This document shows, piece by piece, positions 37,991 through 51,662 of a DNA stretch of 64,000 nt (position 1 is the stretch's first letter; each line of letters begins with the position of its first letter). Under the pieces are notes generated by a model. That model did no database searches and had not been told where the DNA came from. It saw only the letters and a list, made by a program, of their open reading frames with translations. Both the position numbers and the translations under genes were made by a program. The stretch is taken from assembly GCA_964016885.1 (NCBI GenBank), contig OZ024740.1, forward strand, positions 141,174,001-141,238,000, in the 5' to 3' direction. This stretch comes from Eledone cirrhosa. Taxonomy: Eukaryota.

Positions 37991-39226
37991 TTTATAAAAT
38001 TAGCGGTTGTTGTGCGTGGTTTTGTATTTATTTTCTTTGTTTTTTTATGTTGTTATTTCATCCTAGGATAATTTGGTTGAGCAGACATTTCTCGGGGGTG
38101 TTCGAGTAGTTGTTATCCAATTTTTATATGTTTACGGGTCCTGTCCCACGGCGCAGCGCGCTGCCCCTTACATCAAGTGTCTTGTACTATAGGCTCTGGT
38201 TCACCAATGCATTGTCATTAAAATTTATAAGACGGAATCAGCAGAAGCTCGTTTTGTCTGAGTGTGGAAGTATATACGATATATTAATGTATAATGATAT
38301 AGAATATATATATGTCACGCTAGGAATGTTTTAAGCCGTCATTTCTAATGAATTCAAATTACTGATGATGTATAAATATTTTGAAATACTCGTGTCTGAT
38401 GTTCTCTCGGGACAACTGAAATAGCTGTGACATGATCACCACTGAAAACATTCTTAGGGAGACATCTATATGTTTAGCGTTCTTGAAAATGTCGTATATT
38501 CTCTAATATGCGTCTCTATTATGAATCCGGTTGTGTTTGTGTTGCACATAACACACACATAAGCAATGTGTTACTTAAATACCACACCAAGCGTTGTGAG
38601 CATTGGTATTACGTAATACCAAAGTTGTTATTGTTTTAGATAGATTATTACTGTTTGGCCTCAATTTAGTAATGGATGAATAGATTTAATGAAAAACATT
38701 TCTGTTATCATCTGTTTGTTTTGGGGATTTTCTTCTTTCTAATGTTCCGTTAAGTTAGTGAAGACGAATGACAGTTGCAGCACTGATTTTCATTCCAGTT
38801 ATACTGAGCACTCTGCAGTCAAACCTAACAAGTGCACGTCGGAGTTCCCCTTCTGACGAGGTGAATAATACCATGTCGTCTGCATATTCCAGCCGACTGA
38901 TCCAACTCACGTCAGTCATGATATCACTTCCAACACAGCTGTGCATGTCAATCTTATTCATGGAGATTATGAACAGATGTGAGAATATGCACCCTTGGCA
39001 GAGTCCGACTCACATATTGAATGGTTTCGATTTAGTACCATCTATCTGAACACATATTCGGTCATTCGCATCAGGGCACAGAAAAACTGTCCATCCATCT
39101 CACACTCCTTCAGAACCTTCCACAGCGCGTCCCTTGGAACAAGGTCGTATGGCTTTCCGGGAACTACAATGGAGGAGTTTATTTTAAAATACATTACATG
39201 CTATATATGAAATAAGCGAAGATTAA

Positions 39227-39297
39227 GCATCGGTGGTTCAGTGGTAGAATGCTCGCCTGCCACGCGGGCTGCCCGGGTTCGATTCCCGGCCGATGCA
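39227..39297 (+). tRNA. trnG-GCC: tRNA-Gly(GCC), variable-loop G>T variant
   Basis: Consensus except GGGCTGCCC. Confidence 0.88.
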
Positions 39298-39414
39298 TGT
39301 TGTTTTTTTTATTATTTTATTGTTTGGCATCAATTTACTTTTGAAATGAATAGATTTGATGAGAAGCGCTTCTGTTGTTAACATCTGTTTATTTTTAGTT
39401 TGTTTGTTTTTCAT

Positions 39415-39670
39415 CTCTCGTGTTCCGATAGGTTAGTGAGAACGACTGTGTCCATCATCGCGGCATTGATTTTCATTGCAGAGGTGCAACACTCGGCATC
39501 AAATCTATCAAGTGCATATCGGAGATCCTCTCCTGACGAGTTAAATAACACCTTGTCGTCTGCATATTCCAGCCGACTGAACCTACACCCTCCAGTCATG
39601 ATATCACTTTCAAACCAGCTGCTCATGTCAACGTGGAATATGGTGATGGGCCTTTTCGAGGTCTACAAGA
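39415..39670 (-). mobile_element. RTE RT fragment A (one per array unit)
   Basis: SRLEYADDKVLFNSSGEDLRYALDRFDAECCTSAMKIN, internally deleted. Confidence 0.8.
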
Positions 39671-40543
39671 AAAGAATGTTATCTTCACTTTTATCCTTTT
39701 AAATGAATAAATTATTTTATATAAATTATTTTATATAATCGGACACTAAAAATTATTTTTTAAAGGTTGTTGTTCTTTAGCCTTGAGTCTAAGATACTGC
39801 AAATAACTTTATTTCACAAGAAGTCCGTTAATCAGTAATGTGTTTATTAAATACAGTTGCGTTTTGTGTGGGCATCGGTGGTAGAATACCCGCCTGCCAC
39901 GCGGGTGGTCCAGGTTACATTCCCTACCGATGCATTTATAAAATTAGCGGTTGTTGTGCGTGGTTTTGTATTTATTTTCTTTGTTTTTTTATGTTGTTAT
40001 TTCATCCTAGGATAATTTGGTTGAGCAGACATTTCTCGGGGGTGTTCCAGTAGTTGTTATCCAATTTTTATATGTTTACGGGTCCTGTCCCACGGCGCAG
40101 CGCGCTGCTCCTTGCATCAAGTGTCTTGTACTATAGGCTCTGGTTCACCAATGCATTGTCATTAAAATTTAGAAGACGGAATCAGCAGAAGCTCGTTTTG
40201 TCTGAGTGTGGAAGTATATACGATATATTAATGTATAATGATATAGAATATATATATGTCACGCTAGGAATGTTTTAAGCCGTCATTTCTAATGAATTCA
40301 AGTTACTGATGATGTATAAATATTTTGAAATACTCGTGTCTGATGTTCTCTCGGGACAATTGAAATAGCTGTGACATGATCACCACTGAAAACATTCTTA
40401 GCGAGACATCTATATGTTTAGCGTTCTTGAAAATGTCGTATATTCTCCAATATACATCTCTATTATGAATCCGGTTGTGTTTGTGTTGCACATAACACAC
40501 ACATAAGCAATGTGTTACTTAAATACCACACCAAGCGTTGTGA

Positions 40544-40598
40544 GCATCGGTGGTTCAGTGGAAGTATGCTCGCCTGCCACGGGGTCGGCCCGGGTTCA
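40544..40598 (+). pseudogene. 3'-truncated tRNA-Gly (also at 43019, 45494, 47965, 50437, 52909, 55383, 57861, 60339, 62815)
   Basis: tRNA sequence stops at GGGTTC-A in the T-loop and is followed by an unrelated AT-rich segment. Confidence 0.9.
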
Positions 40599-41214
40599 AG
40601 TGAAATCGTAATTGACAATATGCACAGAAATTGAAGAGAGACTGTGATACAGTCTTTTGTAATCAGTAAAGTAATCCATGATTCATTTCAAAAAGACGAT
40701 ATTATATATAAACTGCGTTACGGTGAAATGTAATGAAAACGAAAAAGGAGAAAATTAGCCACAGAAATATAAACGTTATGATATAACGATGCAAATATAT
40801 GAATGTTTATATAAGCGATATGTGATATAGCGTCCGTTATATCATAACCGGAAGTATTGACATTTGAAAATTTCAGAAGAAGAGAAACTTAAAATAAGCA
40901 ATCATTATATACAAGAATATTAATGTGAAATCAACAGCTACGAAATTTTGTACATAAATTATGTAATATTCATTATTTATTCAAAGTAATCCAACTTATT
41001 TTACTAACGGGATTAAAAATTATAAAACGGACGCTATCCCGTACTCCTCCCTTTATGATATATAGATTCTTTTAATTTTGGTATTACGTAATACCAAAGT
41101 TGTTATTGTTTTAGATAGATTATTACTGTTTGGCCTCAATTTAGTAATGGATGAATAGATTTAATGAAAAGCATTTCTGTTATCATATGTTTGTTTTGGG
41201 GATTTTCTTCTTTC

Positions 41215-41650
41215 TAATGTTCCGTTAGGTTAGTGAAGACGAATGACAGTTGCAGCACTGATTTTCATTCCAGTCATACTGAGCACTCTGCAGTCAAACC
41301 TAACAAGTGCACGTCGGAGTTCCCCTTCTGACGAGGTGAATAATACCATGTCGTCTGCATATTCCAGCCGACTGATCCAACTCACGTCAGTCATGATATC
41401 ACTTCCAACACAGCTGTGCATGTCAATCTTATTCATGGAGATTATGAACAGATGTGAGAATATGCACCCTTGGCAGAGTCCGACTCACATATTGAATGGT
41501 TTCGATTTAGTACCATCTATCTGAACACATATTCGGTCATTCGCATCAGGGCACAGAAAAACTGTCCATCCATCTCACACTCCTTCAGAACCTTCCACAG
41601 CGCGTCCCTTGGAACAAGGTCGTATGGCTTTCCGGGAACTACAATGGAGG
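41215..41650 (-). mobile_element. RTE RT fragment B (one per array unit)
   Basis: KPYDLVPRDALWKVLKE..GLCQGC..MNKID..SRLEYADDMVLFTSSEGELRRAL..GMKISAA. Confidence 0.82.
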
Positions 41651-41701
41651 AGTTTATTTTAAAATACATTACATGCTATATATGAAATAAGCGAAGATTA
41701 A

Positions 41702-41772
41702 GCATCGGTGGTTCAGTGGTAGAATGCTCGCCTGCCACGCGGGCTGCCCGGGTTCGATTCCCGGCCGATGCA
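41702..41772 (+). tRNA. trnG-GCC: tRNA-Gly(GCC), variable-loop G>T variant
   Basis: Same as 39227. Confidence 0.88.
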
Positions 41773-44176
41773 TGTTGTTTTTTTTATTATTTTATTGTTT
41801 GGCATCAATTTACTTTTGAAATGAATAGATTTGATGAGAAGCGCTTCTGTTGTTAACATCTGTTTATTTTTAGTTTGTTTGTTTTTCATCTCTCGTGTTC
41901 CGATAGGTTAGTGAGAACGACTGTGTCCATCATCGCGGCATTGATTTTCATTGCAGAGGTGCAACACTCGGCATCAAATCTATCAAGTGCATATCGGAGA
42001 TCCTCTCCTGACGAGTTAAATAACACCTTGTCGTCTGCATATTCCAGCCGACTGAACCTACACCCTCCAGTCATGATATCACTTTCAAACCAGCTGCTCA
42101 TGTCAACGTGGAATATGGTGATGGGCCTTTTCGAGGTCTACAAGAAAAGAATGTTATCTTCACTTTTATCCTTTTAAATGAATAAATTATTTTATATAAA
42201 TTATTTTATATAATCGGACACTAAAAATTATTTTTTAAAGGTTGTTGTTCTTTAGCCTTGAGTCTAAGATACTGCAAATAACTTTATTTCACAAGAAGTC
42301 CGTTAATCAGTAATGTGTTTATTAAATACAGTTGCGTTTTGTGTGGGCATCGGTGGTAGAATACCCGCCTGCCACGCGGGTGGTCCAGGTTACATTCCCT
42401 ACCGATGCATTTATAAAATTAGCGGTTGTTGTGCGTGGTTTTGTATTTATTTTCTTTGTTTTTTTATGTTGTTATTTCATCCTAGGATAATTTGGTTGAG
42501 CAGACATTTCTCGGGGGTGTTCCAGTAGTTGTTATCCAATTTTTATATGTTTACGGGTCCTGTCCCACGGCGCAGCGCGCTGCTCCTTGCATCAAGTGTC
42601 TTGTACTATAGGCTCTGGTTCACCAATGCATTGTCATTAAAATTTAGAAGACGGAATCAGCAGAAGCTCGTTTTGTCTGAGTGTGGAAGTATATACGATA
42701 TATTAATGTATAATGATATAGAATATATATATGTCACGCTAGGAATGTTTTAAGCCGTCATTTCTAATGAATTCAAGTTACTGATGATGTATAAATATTT
42801 TGAAATACTCGTGTCTGATGTTCTCTCGGGACAATTGAAATAGCTGTGACATGATCACCACTGAAAACATTCTTAGCGAGACATCTATATGTTTAGCGTT
42901 CTTGAAAATGTCGTATATTCTCTAATATACATCTCTATTATGAATCCGGTTGTGTTTGTGTTGCACATAACACACACATAAGCAATGTGTTACTTAAATA
43001 CCACACCAAGCGTTGTGAGCATCGGTGGTTCAGTGGAAGTATGCTCGCCTGCCACGGGGTCGGCCCGGGTTCAAGTGAAATCGTAATTGACAATATGCAC
43101 AGAAATTGAAGAGAGACTGTGATACAGTCTTTTGTAATCAGTAAAGTAATCCATGATTCATTTCAAAAAGACGATATTATATATAAACTGCGTTACGGTG
43201 AAATGTAATGAAAACGAAAAAGGAGAAAATTAGCCACAGAAATATAAACGTTATGATATAACGATGCAAATATATGAATGTTTATATAAGCGATATGTGA
43301 TATAGCGTCCGTTATATCATAACCGGAAGTATTGACATTTGAAAATTTCAGAAGAAGAGAAACTTAAAATAAGCAATCATTATATACAAGAATATTAATG
43401 TGAAATCAACAGCTACGAAATTTTGTACATAAATTATGTAATATTCATTATTTATTCAAAGTAATCCAACTTATTTTACTAACGGGATTAAAAATTATAA
43501 AACGGACGCTATCCCGTACTCCTCCCTTTATGATATATAGATTCTTTTAATTTTGGTATTACGTAATACCAAAGTTGTTATTGTTTTAGATAGATTATTA
43601 CTGTTTGGCCTCAATTTAGTAATGGATGAATAGATTTAATGAAAAGCATTTCTGTTATCATATGTTTGTTTTGGGGATTTTCTTCTTTCTAATGTTCCGT
43701 TAGGTTAGTGAAGACGAATGACAGTTGCAGCACTGATTTTCATTCCAGTCATACTGAGCACTCTGCAGTCAAACCTAACAAGTGCACGTCGGAGTTCCCC
43801 TTCTGACGAGGTGAATAATACCATGTCGTCTGCATATTCCAGCCGACTGATCCAACACACGTCAGTCATGATATCACTTCCAACACAGCTGTGCATGTCA
43901 ATCTTATTCATGGAGATTATGAACAGATGTGAGAGTATGCACCCTTGGCAGAGTCCGACTCACATATTGAATGGTTTCGATTTAGTACCATCTATCTGAA
44001 CACATACTCGGTCATTGGCATCAGGGCACAGAAAAACTGTCCATCCATCTCACACTCCTTCAGAACCTTCCACAGCGCGTCCCTTGGAACAAGGTCGTAT
44101 GGCTTTCCGGGGACTACAATGGAGGAGTTTATTTTAAAATACATTACATACTATATATGAAATAAGCGAAGTGTGA

Positions 44177-44247
44177 GCATCGGTGGTTCAGTGGTAGAAT
44201 GCTCACCTGCCACGCGGGCGGCCCGGGTTCGATTCCCGGCCGATGCA
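44177..44247 (+). tRNA. trnG-GCC: tRNA-Gly(GCC), anticodon-stem G>A variant
   Basis: gctcAcctgccac; one stem mismatch. Confidence 0.7.
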
Positions 44248-46648
44248 TGTTGTTTTTTTTATTATTTTATTGTTTGGCATCAATTTACTTTTGAAATGAA
44301 TAGATTTGATGAGAAGCGCTTCTGTTGTTAACGTCTGTTTATTTTTTGTTTGTTTGTTTTTCATCTCTAGTGTTCCGATAGGTTAGTGAGAACGACTGTG
44401 TCCATCATCGCGGCATTGATTTTCATTGCAGAGGTGCAACACTCGGCATCAAATCTATCAAGCGCATATCGGAGATCCTCTCCTGACGAGTTAAATAACA
44501 CCTTGTCGTCTGCATATTCCAGCCGACTGAACCTACACCCTCCAGTCATGATATCACTTTCAAACCAGCTGCTCATGTCAACGTGGAATGTGGTGGTGGG
44601 CCTTTTCGAGGTCTACAAGGAAAGAATTTTATCTTCACTTTTATCCTTTTAAATGAATAAATTATTTTATATAAATTATTTTATATAATCGGACACTAAA
44701 AATTATTTTTTAAAGGTTGTTGTTCTTTAGCCGTGAGTCTAAGATACTGCAAATAACTTTATTTCACAAGAAGTCCGTTAATCAGTAATGTGTTTATTAA
44801 ATACAGGTGCGTTTTGTGTGGGCATCGGTGGTAGAATGCCCGCCTGCCACGCGGGTGGTCCAGGTTACATTCCCTACCGATGCATTTATAAAATTAGCGG
44901 TTGTTGTGCGTGGTTTTGTATTTATTTTCTTTGATTTTTTATGTTGTTATTTCATCCTAGGATAATTTGGTTGAGCAGACATTTCTCGGGGGTGTTCGAG
45001 TAGTTGTTATCCAATTTTTATATATTTACTGGTCCTGTCCCACGGCGCAGCGCGCTGCCCCTTACATCAAGTGTCTTGTACTATAGGCTCTGGTTCACCA
45101 ATGCATTGTCATTGAAATTTAGAAGACGGAATCAGCAGAAGCTCGTTTTGTCTGAGTGTGGAAGTATATACGATATATTAATGTATAATGATATAGAATA
45201 TATATATGTCACGCTAGGAATGTTTTAAGCCGTCATTTCTAATGAATTCAAGTTACTGATGATGTATAAATATTTTGAAATACTCGTGTGTGATGTTCTC
45301 TCGGGACAACTGAAATAGCTGTGACATGATCACCACTGAATACTTTCTTAGCGAGACATCTATATGTTTAGCGTTCTTGAAAATGTCGTATATTCTCTAA
45401 TATACATCTCTATTATGAATCCGGTTGTGTTTGTGTTGCACATAACACACACATAAGCAATGTGTTACTTAAATACCACACCAAGCGTTGTGAGCATCGG
45501 TGGTTCAGTGGAAGAATGCTCGCCTGCCACGGGGTCGGCCCGGGTTCAAATGAAATCGTAATTGACAATATGCACAGAAATTGAAGAGAGACTGTGTTAC
45601 AGTCTGTTGTAATCAGTAAAGTAATCCATGATTCATTTCAAAAGGACGATATTATATATAAACTGCGTTACGGTGAAATGTAATGAAAACGAAAAAGGAG
45701 AAAGTTAGCCACAGAAATATAAACGTTATGATATAACGATGCAAATATATGAATGTTTATATAAGCGATATGTGATATAGCGTCCGTTATATCATAACCG
45801 GAAGTATTGACATTAGAAAATTTCAGAAGAGAAACTTAAAATAAGCAATCATTATATACAAGAATATTAATGTGAAATCAACAGCTACGAAATGTTGTAC
45901 ATAAATTATGTAATATTCATTAATTATTCAAAGTAATCCAACTTATTTTACTAACGGGATTAAAAATTATAAAACGGACGCTATCCCGTACTCCTCCCTT
46001 TATGATATATAGATTCTTTTAATTTTGGTATTACGTAATACCAAAGTTGTTATTGTTTTAGATAGATTATTACTGTTTGGCCTCAATTTAGTAATGGATG
46101 AATAGATTTAATGAAAAGCATTTCTGTTATCATATGTTTGTTTTGGGGATTTTCTTCTTTCTAATGTTCCGTTAGGTTAGTGAAGACGAATGACAGTTGC
46201 AGCACTGATTTTCATTCCAGTCATACTGAGCACTCTGCAGTCAAACCTAACAAGTGCACGTCGGAGTTCCCCTTCTGACGAGGTGAATAATACCATGTCG
46301 TCTGCATATTCCAGCCGACTGATCCAACACACGTCAGTCATGATATCACTTCCAACACAGCTGTGCATGTCAATCTTATTCATGGAGATTATGAACAGAT
46401 GTGAGAGTATGCACCCTTGGCAGAGTCCGACTCACATATTGAATGGTTTCGATTTAGTACCATCTATCTGAACACATACTCGGTCATTGGCATCAGGGCA
46501 CAGAAAAACTGTCCATCCATCTCACACTCCTTCAGAACCTTCCACAGCGCGTCCCTTGGAACAAGGTCGTATGGCTTTCCGGGGACTACAATGGAGGAGT
46601 TTATTTTAAAATACATTACATACTATATATGAAATAAGCGAAGTGTGA

Positions 46649-46719
46649 GCATCGGTGGTTCAGTGGTAGAATGCTCGCCTGCCACGCGGGCGGCCCGGGT
46701 TCGATTCCCGGCCGATGCA
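46649..46719 (+). tRNA. trnG-GCC: tRNA-Gly(GCC), consensus
   Basis: Identical to 5088. Confidence 0.96.
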
Positions 46720-49119
46720 TGTTGTTTTTTTATTATTTTATTGTTTGGCATCAATTTACTTTTGAAATGAATAGATTTGATGAGAAGCGCTTCTGTTGTT
46801 AACGTCTGTTTATTTTTTGTTTGTTTGTTTTTCATCTCTAGTGTTCCGATAGGTTAGTGAGAACGACTGTGTCCATCATCGCGGCATTGATTTTCATTGC
46901 AGAGGTGCAACACTCGGCATCAAATCTATCAAGCGCATATCGGAGATCCTCTCCTGACGAGTTAAATAACACCTTGTCGTCTGCATATTCCAGCCGACTG
47001 AACCTACACCCTCCAGTCATGATATCACTTTCAAACCAGCTGCTCATGTCAACGTGGAATGTGGTGGTGGGCCTTTTCGAGGTCTACAAGGAAAGAATTT
47101 TATCTTCACTTTTATCCTTTTAAATGAATAAATTATTTTATATAAATTATTTTATATAATCGGACACTAAAAATTATTTTTTAAAGGTTGTTGTTCTTTA
47201 GCCGTGAGTCTAAGATACTGCAAATAACTTTATTTCACAAGAAGTCCGTTAATCAGTAATGTGTTTATTAAATACAGGTGCGTTTTGTGTGGGCATCGGT
47301 GGTAGAATGCCCGCCTGCCACGCGGGTGGTCCAGGTTACATTCCCTACCGATGCATTTATAAAATTAGCGGTTGTTGTGCGTGGTTTTGTATTTATTTTC
47401 TTTGATTTTTTATGTTGTTATTTCATCCTAGGATAATTTGGTTGAGCAGACATTTCTCGGGGGTGTTCGAGTAGTTGTTATCCAATTTTTATATATTTAC
47501 TGGTCCTGTCCCACGGCGCAGCGCGCTGCCCCTTACATCAAGTCTCTTGTACTATAGGCTCTGGTTCACCAATGCATTGTCATTGAAATTTAGAAGACGG
47601 AATCAGCAGAAGCTCGTTTTGTCTGAGTGTGGAAGTATATACGATATATTAATGTATAATGATATAGAATATATATATATCACGCTAGGAATGTTTTAAG
47701 CCGTCATTTCTAATGAATTCAAGTTACTGATGATGTATAAATATTTTGAAATACTCGTGTGTGATGTTCTCTCGGGACAACTGAAATAGCTGTGACATGA
47801 TCACCACTGAATACTTTCTTAGCGAGACATCTATATGTTTAGCGTTCTTGAAAATGTCGTATATTCTCTAATATACATCTCTATTATGAATCCGGTTGTG
47901 TTTGTGTTGCACATAACACACACATAAGCAATGTGTTACTTAAATACCACACCAAGCGTTGTGAGCATCGGTGGTTCAGTGGAAGAATGCTCGCCTGCCA
48001 CGGGGTCGGCCCGGGTTCAAATGAAATCGTAATTGACAATATGCACAGAAATTGAAGAGAGACTGTGTTACAGTCTGTTGTAATCAGTAAAGTAATCCAT
48101 GATTCATTTCAAAAGGACGATATTATATATAAACTGCGTTACGGTGAAATGTAATGAAAACGAAAAAGGAGAAAGTTAGCCACAGAAATATAAACGTTAT
48201 GATATAACGATGCAAATATATGAATGTTTATATAAGCGATATGTGATATAGCGTCCGTTATATCATAACCGGAAGTATTGACATTAGAAAATTTCAGAAG
48301 AGAAACTTAAAATAAGCAATCATTATATACAAGAATATTAATGTGAAATCAACAGCTACGAAATGTTGTACATAAATTATGTAATATTCATTAATTATTC
48401 AAAGTAATCCAACTTATTTTACTAACGGGATTAAAAATTATAAAACGGACGCTATCCCGTACTCCTCCCTTTATGATATATAGATTCTTTTAATTTTGGT
48501 ATTACGTAATACCAAAGTTGTTATTGTTTTAGATAGATTATTACTGTTTGGCCTCAATTTAGTAATGGATGAATAGATTTAATGAAAAACATTTCTGTTA
48601 TCATCTGTTTGTTTTGGGGATTTTCTTCTTTCTAATGTTCCGTTAAGTTAGTGAAGAAGAATGACAGTTGCAGCACTGATTTTCATTCCAGTTATACTGA
48701 GCACTCTGCAGTCAAACCTAACAAGTGCACGTCGGAGTTCCCCTTCTGACGAGGTGAATAATACCATGTCGTCTGCATATTCCAGCCGACTGATCCAACT
48801 CACGTCAGTCATGATATCACTTCCAACACAGCTGTGCATGTCAATCTTATTCATGGAGATTATGAACAGATGTGAGAGTATGCACCCTTGGCAGAGTCCG
48901 ACTCACATATTGAATGGTTTCGATTTAGTACCATCTATCTGAACACATATTCGGTCATTCGCATCAGGGCACAGAAAAACTGTCCATCCATCTCACACTC
49001 CTTCAGAACCTTCCACAGCGCGTCCCTTGGAACAAGGTCGTATGGCTTTCCGGGAACTACAATGGAGGAGTTTATTTTAAAATACATTACATGCTATATA
49101 TGAAATAAGCGAAGAGTAA

Positions 49120-49190
49120 GCATCGGTGGTTCAGTGGTAGAATGCTCGCCTGCCACGCGGGCTGCCCGGGTTCGATTCCCGGCCGATGCA
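49120..49190 (+). tRNA. trnG-GCC: tRNA-Gly(GCC), variable-loop G>T variant
   Basis: Same as 39227. Confidence 0.88.
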
Positions 49191-51591
49191 TGTTGTTTTT
49201 TTTATTATTTTATTGTTTGGCATCAATTTACTTTTGAAATGAATAGATTTGATGAGAAGCGCTTCTGTTGTTAACGTCTGTTTATTTTTAGTTTGTTTGT
49301 TTTTCATCTCTCGTGTTCCGATAGGTTAGTGATAACGACTGTGTCCATCATCGCGGCATTGATTTTCATTGCAGAGGTGCAACACTCGGCATCAAATCTA
49401 TCAAGTGCATATCGGAGATCCTCTCCTGACGAGTTAAATAACACCTTGTCGTCTGCATATTCCAGCCGACTGAACCTACACCCTCCAGTCATGATATCAC
49501 TTTCAAACCAGCTGCTCATGTCAACGTGGAATATGGTGGTGGGCCTTTTCGAGGTCTACAAGAAAAGAATGTTATCTTCACTTTTATCCTTTTAAATGAA
49601 TAAATTATTTTATATAAATTATTTTATATAATCGGACACTAAAAATTATTTTTTAAAGGTTGTTGTTCTTTAGCCTTGAGTCTAAGATACTGCAAATAAC
49701 TTTATTTCACAAGAAGTCCGTTAATCAGTAATGTGTTTATTAAATACAGTTGCGTTTTGTGTGGGCATCGGTGGTAGAATACCCGCCTGCCACGCGGGTG
49801 GTCCAGGTTACATTCCCTACCGATGCATTTATAAAATTAGCGGTTGTTGTGCGTGGTTTTGTATTTATTTTCTTTGTTTTTTTATGTTGTTATTTCATCC
49901 TAGGATAATTTGGTTGAGCAGACATTTCTCGGGGGTGTTCGAGTAGTTGTTATCCAATTTTTATATGTTTACGGGTCCTGTCCCACGGCGCAGCGCGCTG
50001 CTCCTTGCATCAAGTGTCTTGTACTATAGGCTCTGGTTCACCAATGCATTGTCATTGAAATTTAGAAGACGGAATCAGCAGAAGCTCGTTTTGTCTGAGT
50101 GTGGAAGTATATACGATATATTAATGTATAATGATATAGAATATATATATATCACGCTAGGAATGTTTTAAGCCGTCATTTCTAATGAATTCAAGTTACT
50201 GATGATGTATAAATATTTTGAAATACTCGTGTGTGATGTTCTCTCGGGACAACTGAAATAGCTGTGACATGATCACCACTGAATACTTTCTTAGCGAGAC
50301 ATCTATATGTTTAGCGTTCTTGAAAATGTCGTATATTCTCTAATATACATCTCTATTATGAATCCGGTTGTGTTTGTGTTGCACATAACACACACATAAG
50401 CAATGTGTTACTTAAATACCACACCAAGCGTTGTGAGCATCGGTGGTTCAGTGGAAGAATGCTCGCCTGCCACGGGGTCGGCCCGGGTTCAAATGAAATC
50501 GTAATTGACAATATGCACAGAAATTGAAGAGAGACTGTGTTACAGTCTGTTGTAATCAGTAAAGTAATCCATGATTCATTTCAAAAGGACGATATTATAT
50601 ATAAACTGCGTTACGGTGAAATGTAATGAAAACGAAAAAGGAGAAAGTTAGCCACAGAAATATAAACGTTATGATATAACGATGCAAATATATGAATGTT
50701 TATATAAGCGATATGTGATATAGCGTCCGTTATATCATAACCGGAAGTATTGACATTAGAAAATTTCAGAAGAGAAACTTAAAATAAGCAATCATTATAT
50801 ACAAGAATATTAATGTGAAATCAACAGCTACGAAATGTTGTACATAAATTATGTAATATTCATTAATTATTCAAAGTAATCCAACTTATTTTACTAACGG
50901 GATTAAAAATTATAAAACGGACGCTATCCCGTACTCCTCCCTTTATGATATATAGATTCTTTTAATTTTGGTATTACGTAATACCAAAGTTGTTATTGTT
51001 TTAGATAGATTATTACTGTTTGGCCTCAATTTAGTAATGGATGAATAGATTTAATGAAAAACATTTCTGTTATCATCTGTTTGTTTTGGGGATTTTCTTC
51101 TTTCTAATGTTCCGTTAAGTTAGTGAAGAAGAATGACAGTTGCAGCACTGATTTTCATTCCAGTTATACTGAGCACTCTGCAGTCAAACCTAACAAGTGC
51201 ACGTCGGAGTTCCCCTTCTGACGAGGTGAATAATACCATGTCGTCTGCATATTCCAGCCGACTGATCCAACTCACGTCAGTCATGATATCACTTCCAACA
51301 CAGCTGTGCATGTCAATCTTATTCATGGAGATTATGAACAGATGTGAGAGTATGCACCCTTGGCAGAGTCCGACTCACATATTGAATGGTTTCGATTTAG
51401 TACCATCTATCTGAACACATATTCGGTCATTCGCATCAGGGCACAGAAAAACTGTCCATCCATCTCACACTCCTTCAGAACCTTCCACAGCGCGTCCCTT
51501 GGAACAAGGTCGTATGGCTTTCCGGGAACTACAATGGAGGAGTTTATTTTAAAATACATTACATGCTATATATGAAATAAGCGAAGAGTAA

Positions 51592-51662
51592 GCATCGGTG
51601 GTTCAGTGGTAGAATGCTCGCCTGCCACGCGGGCTGCCCGGGTTCGATTCCCGGCCGATGCA
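51592..51662 (+). tRNA. trnG-GCC: tRNA-Gly(GCC), variable-loop G>T variant
   Basis: Same as 39227. Confidence 0.88.
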
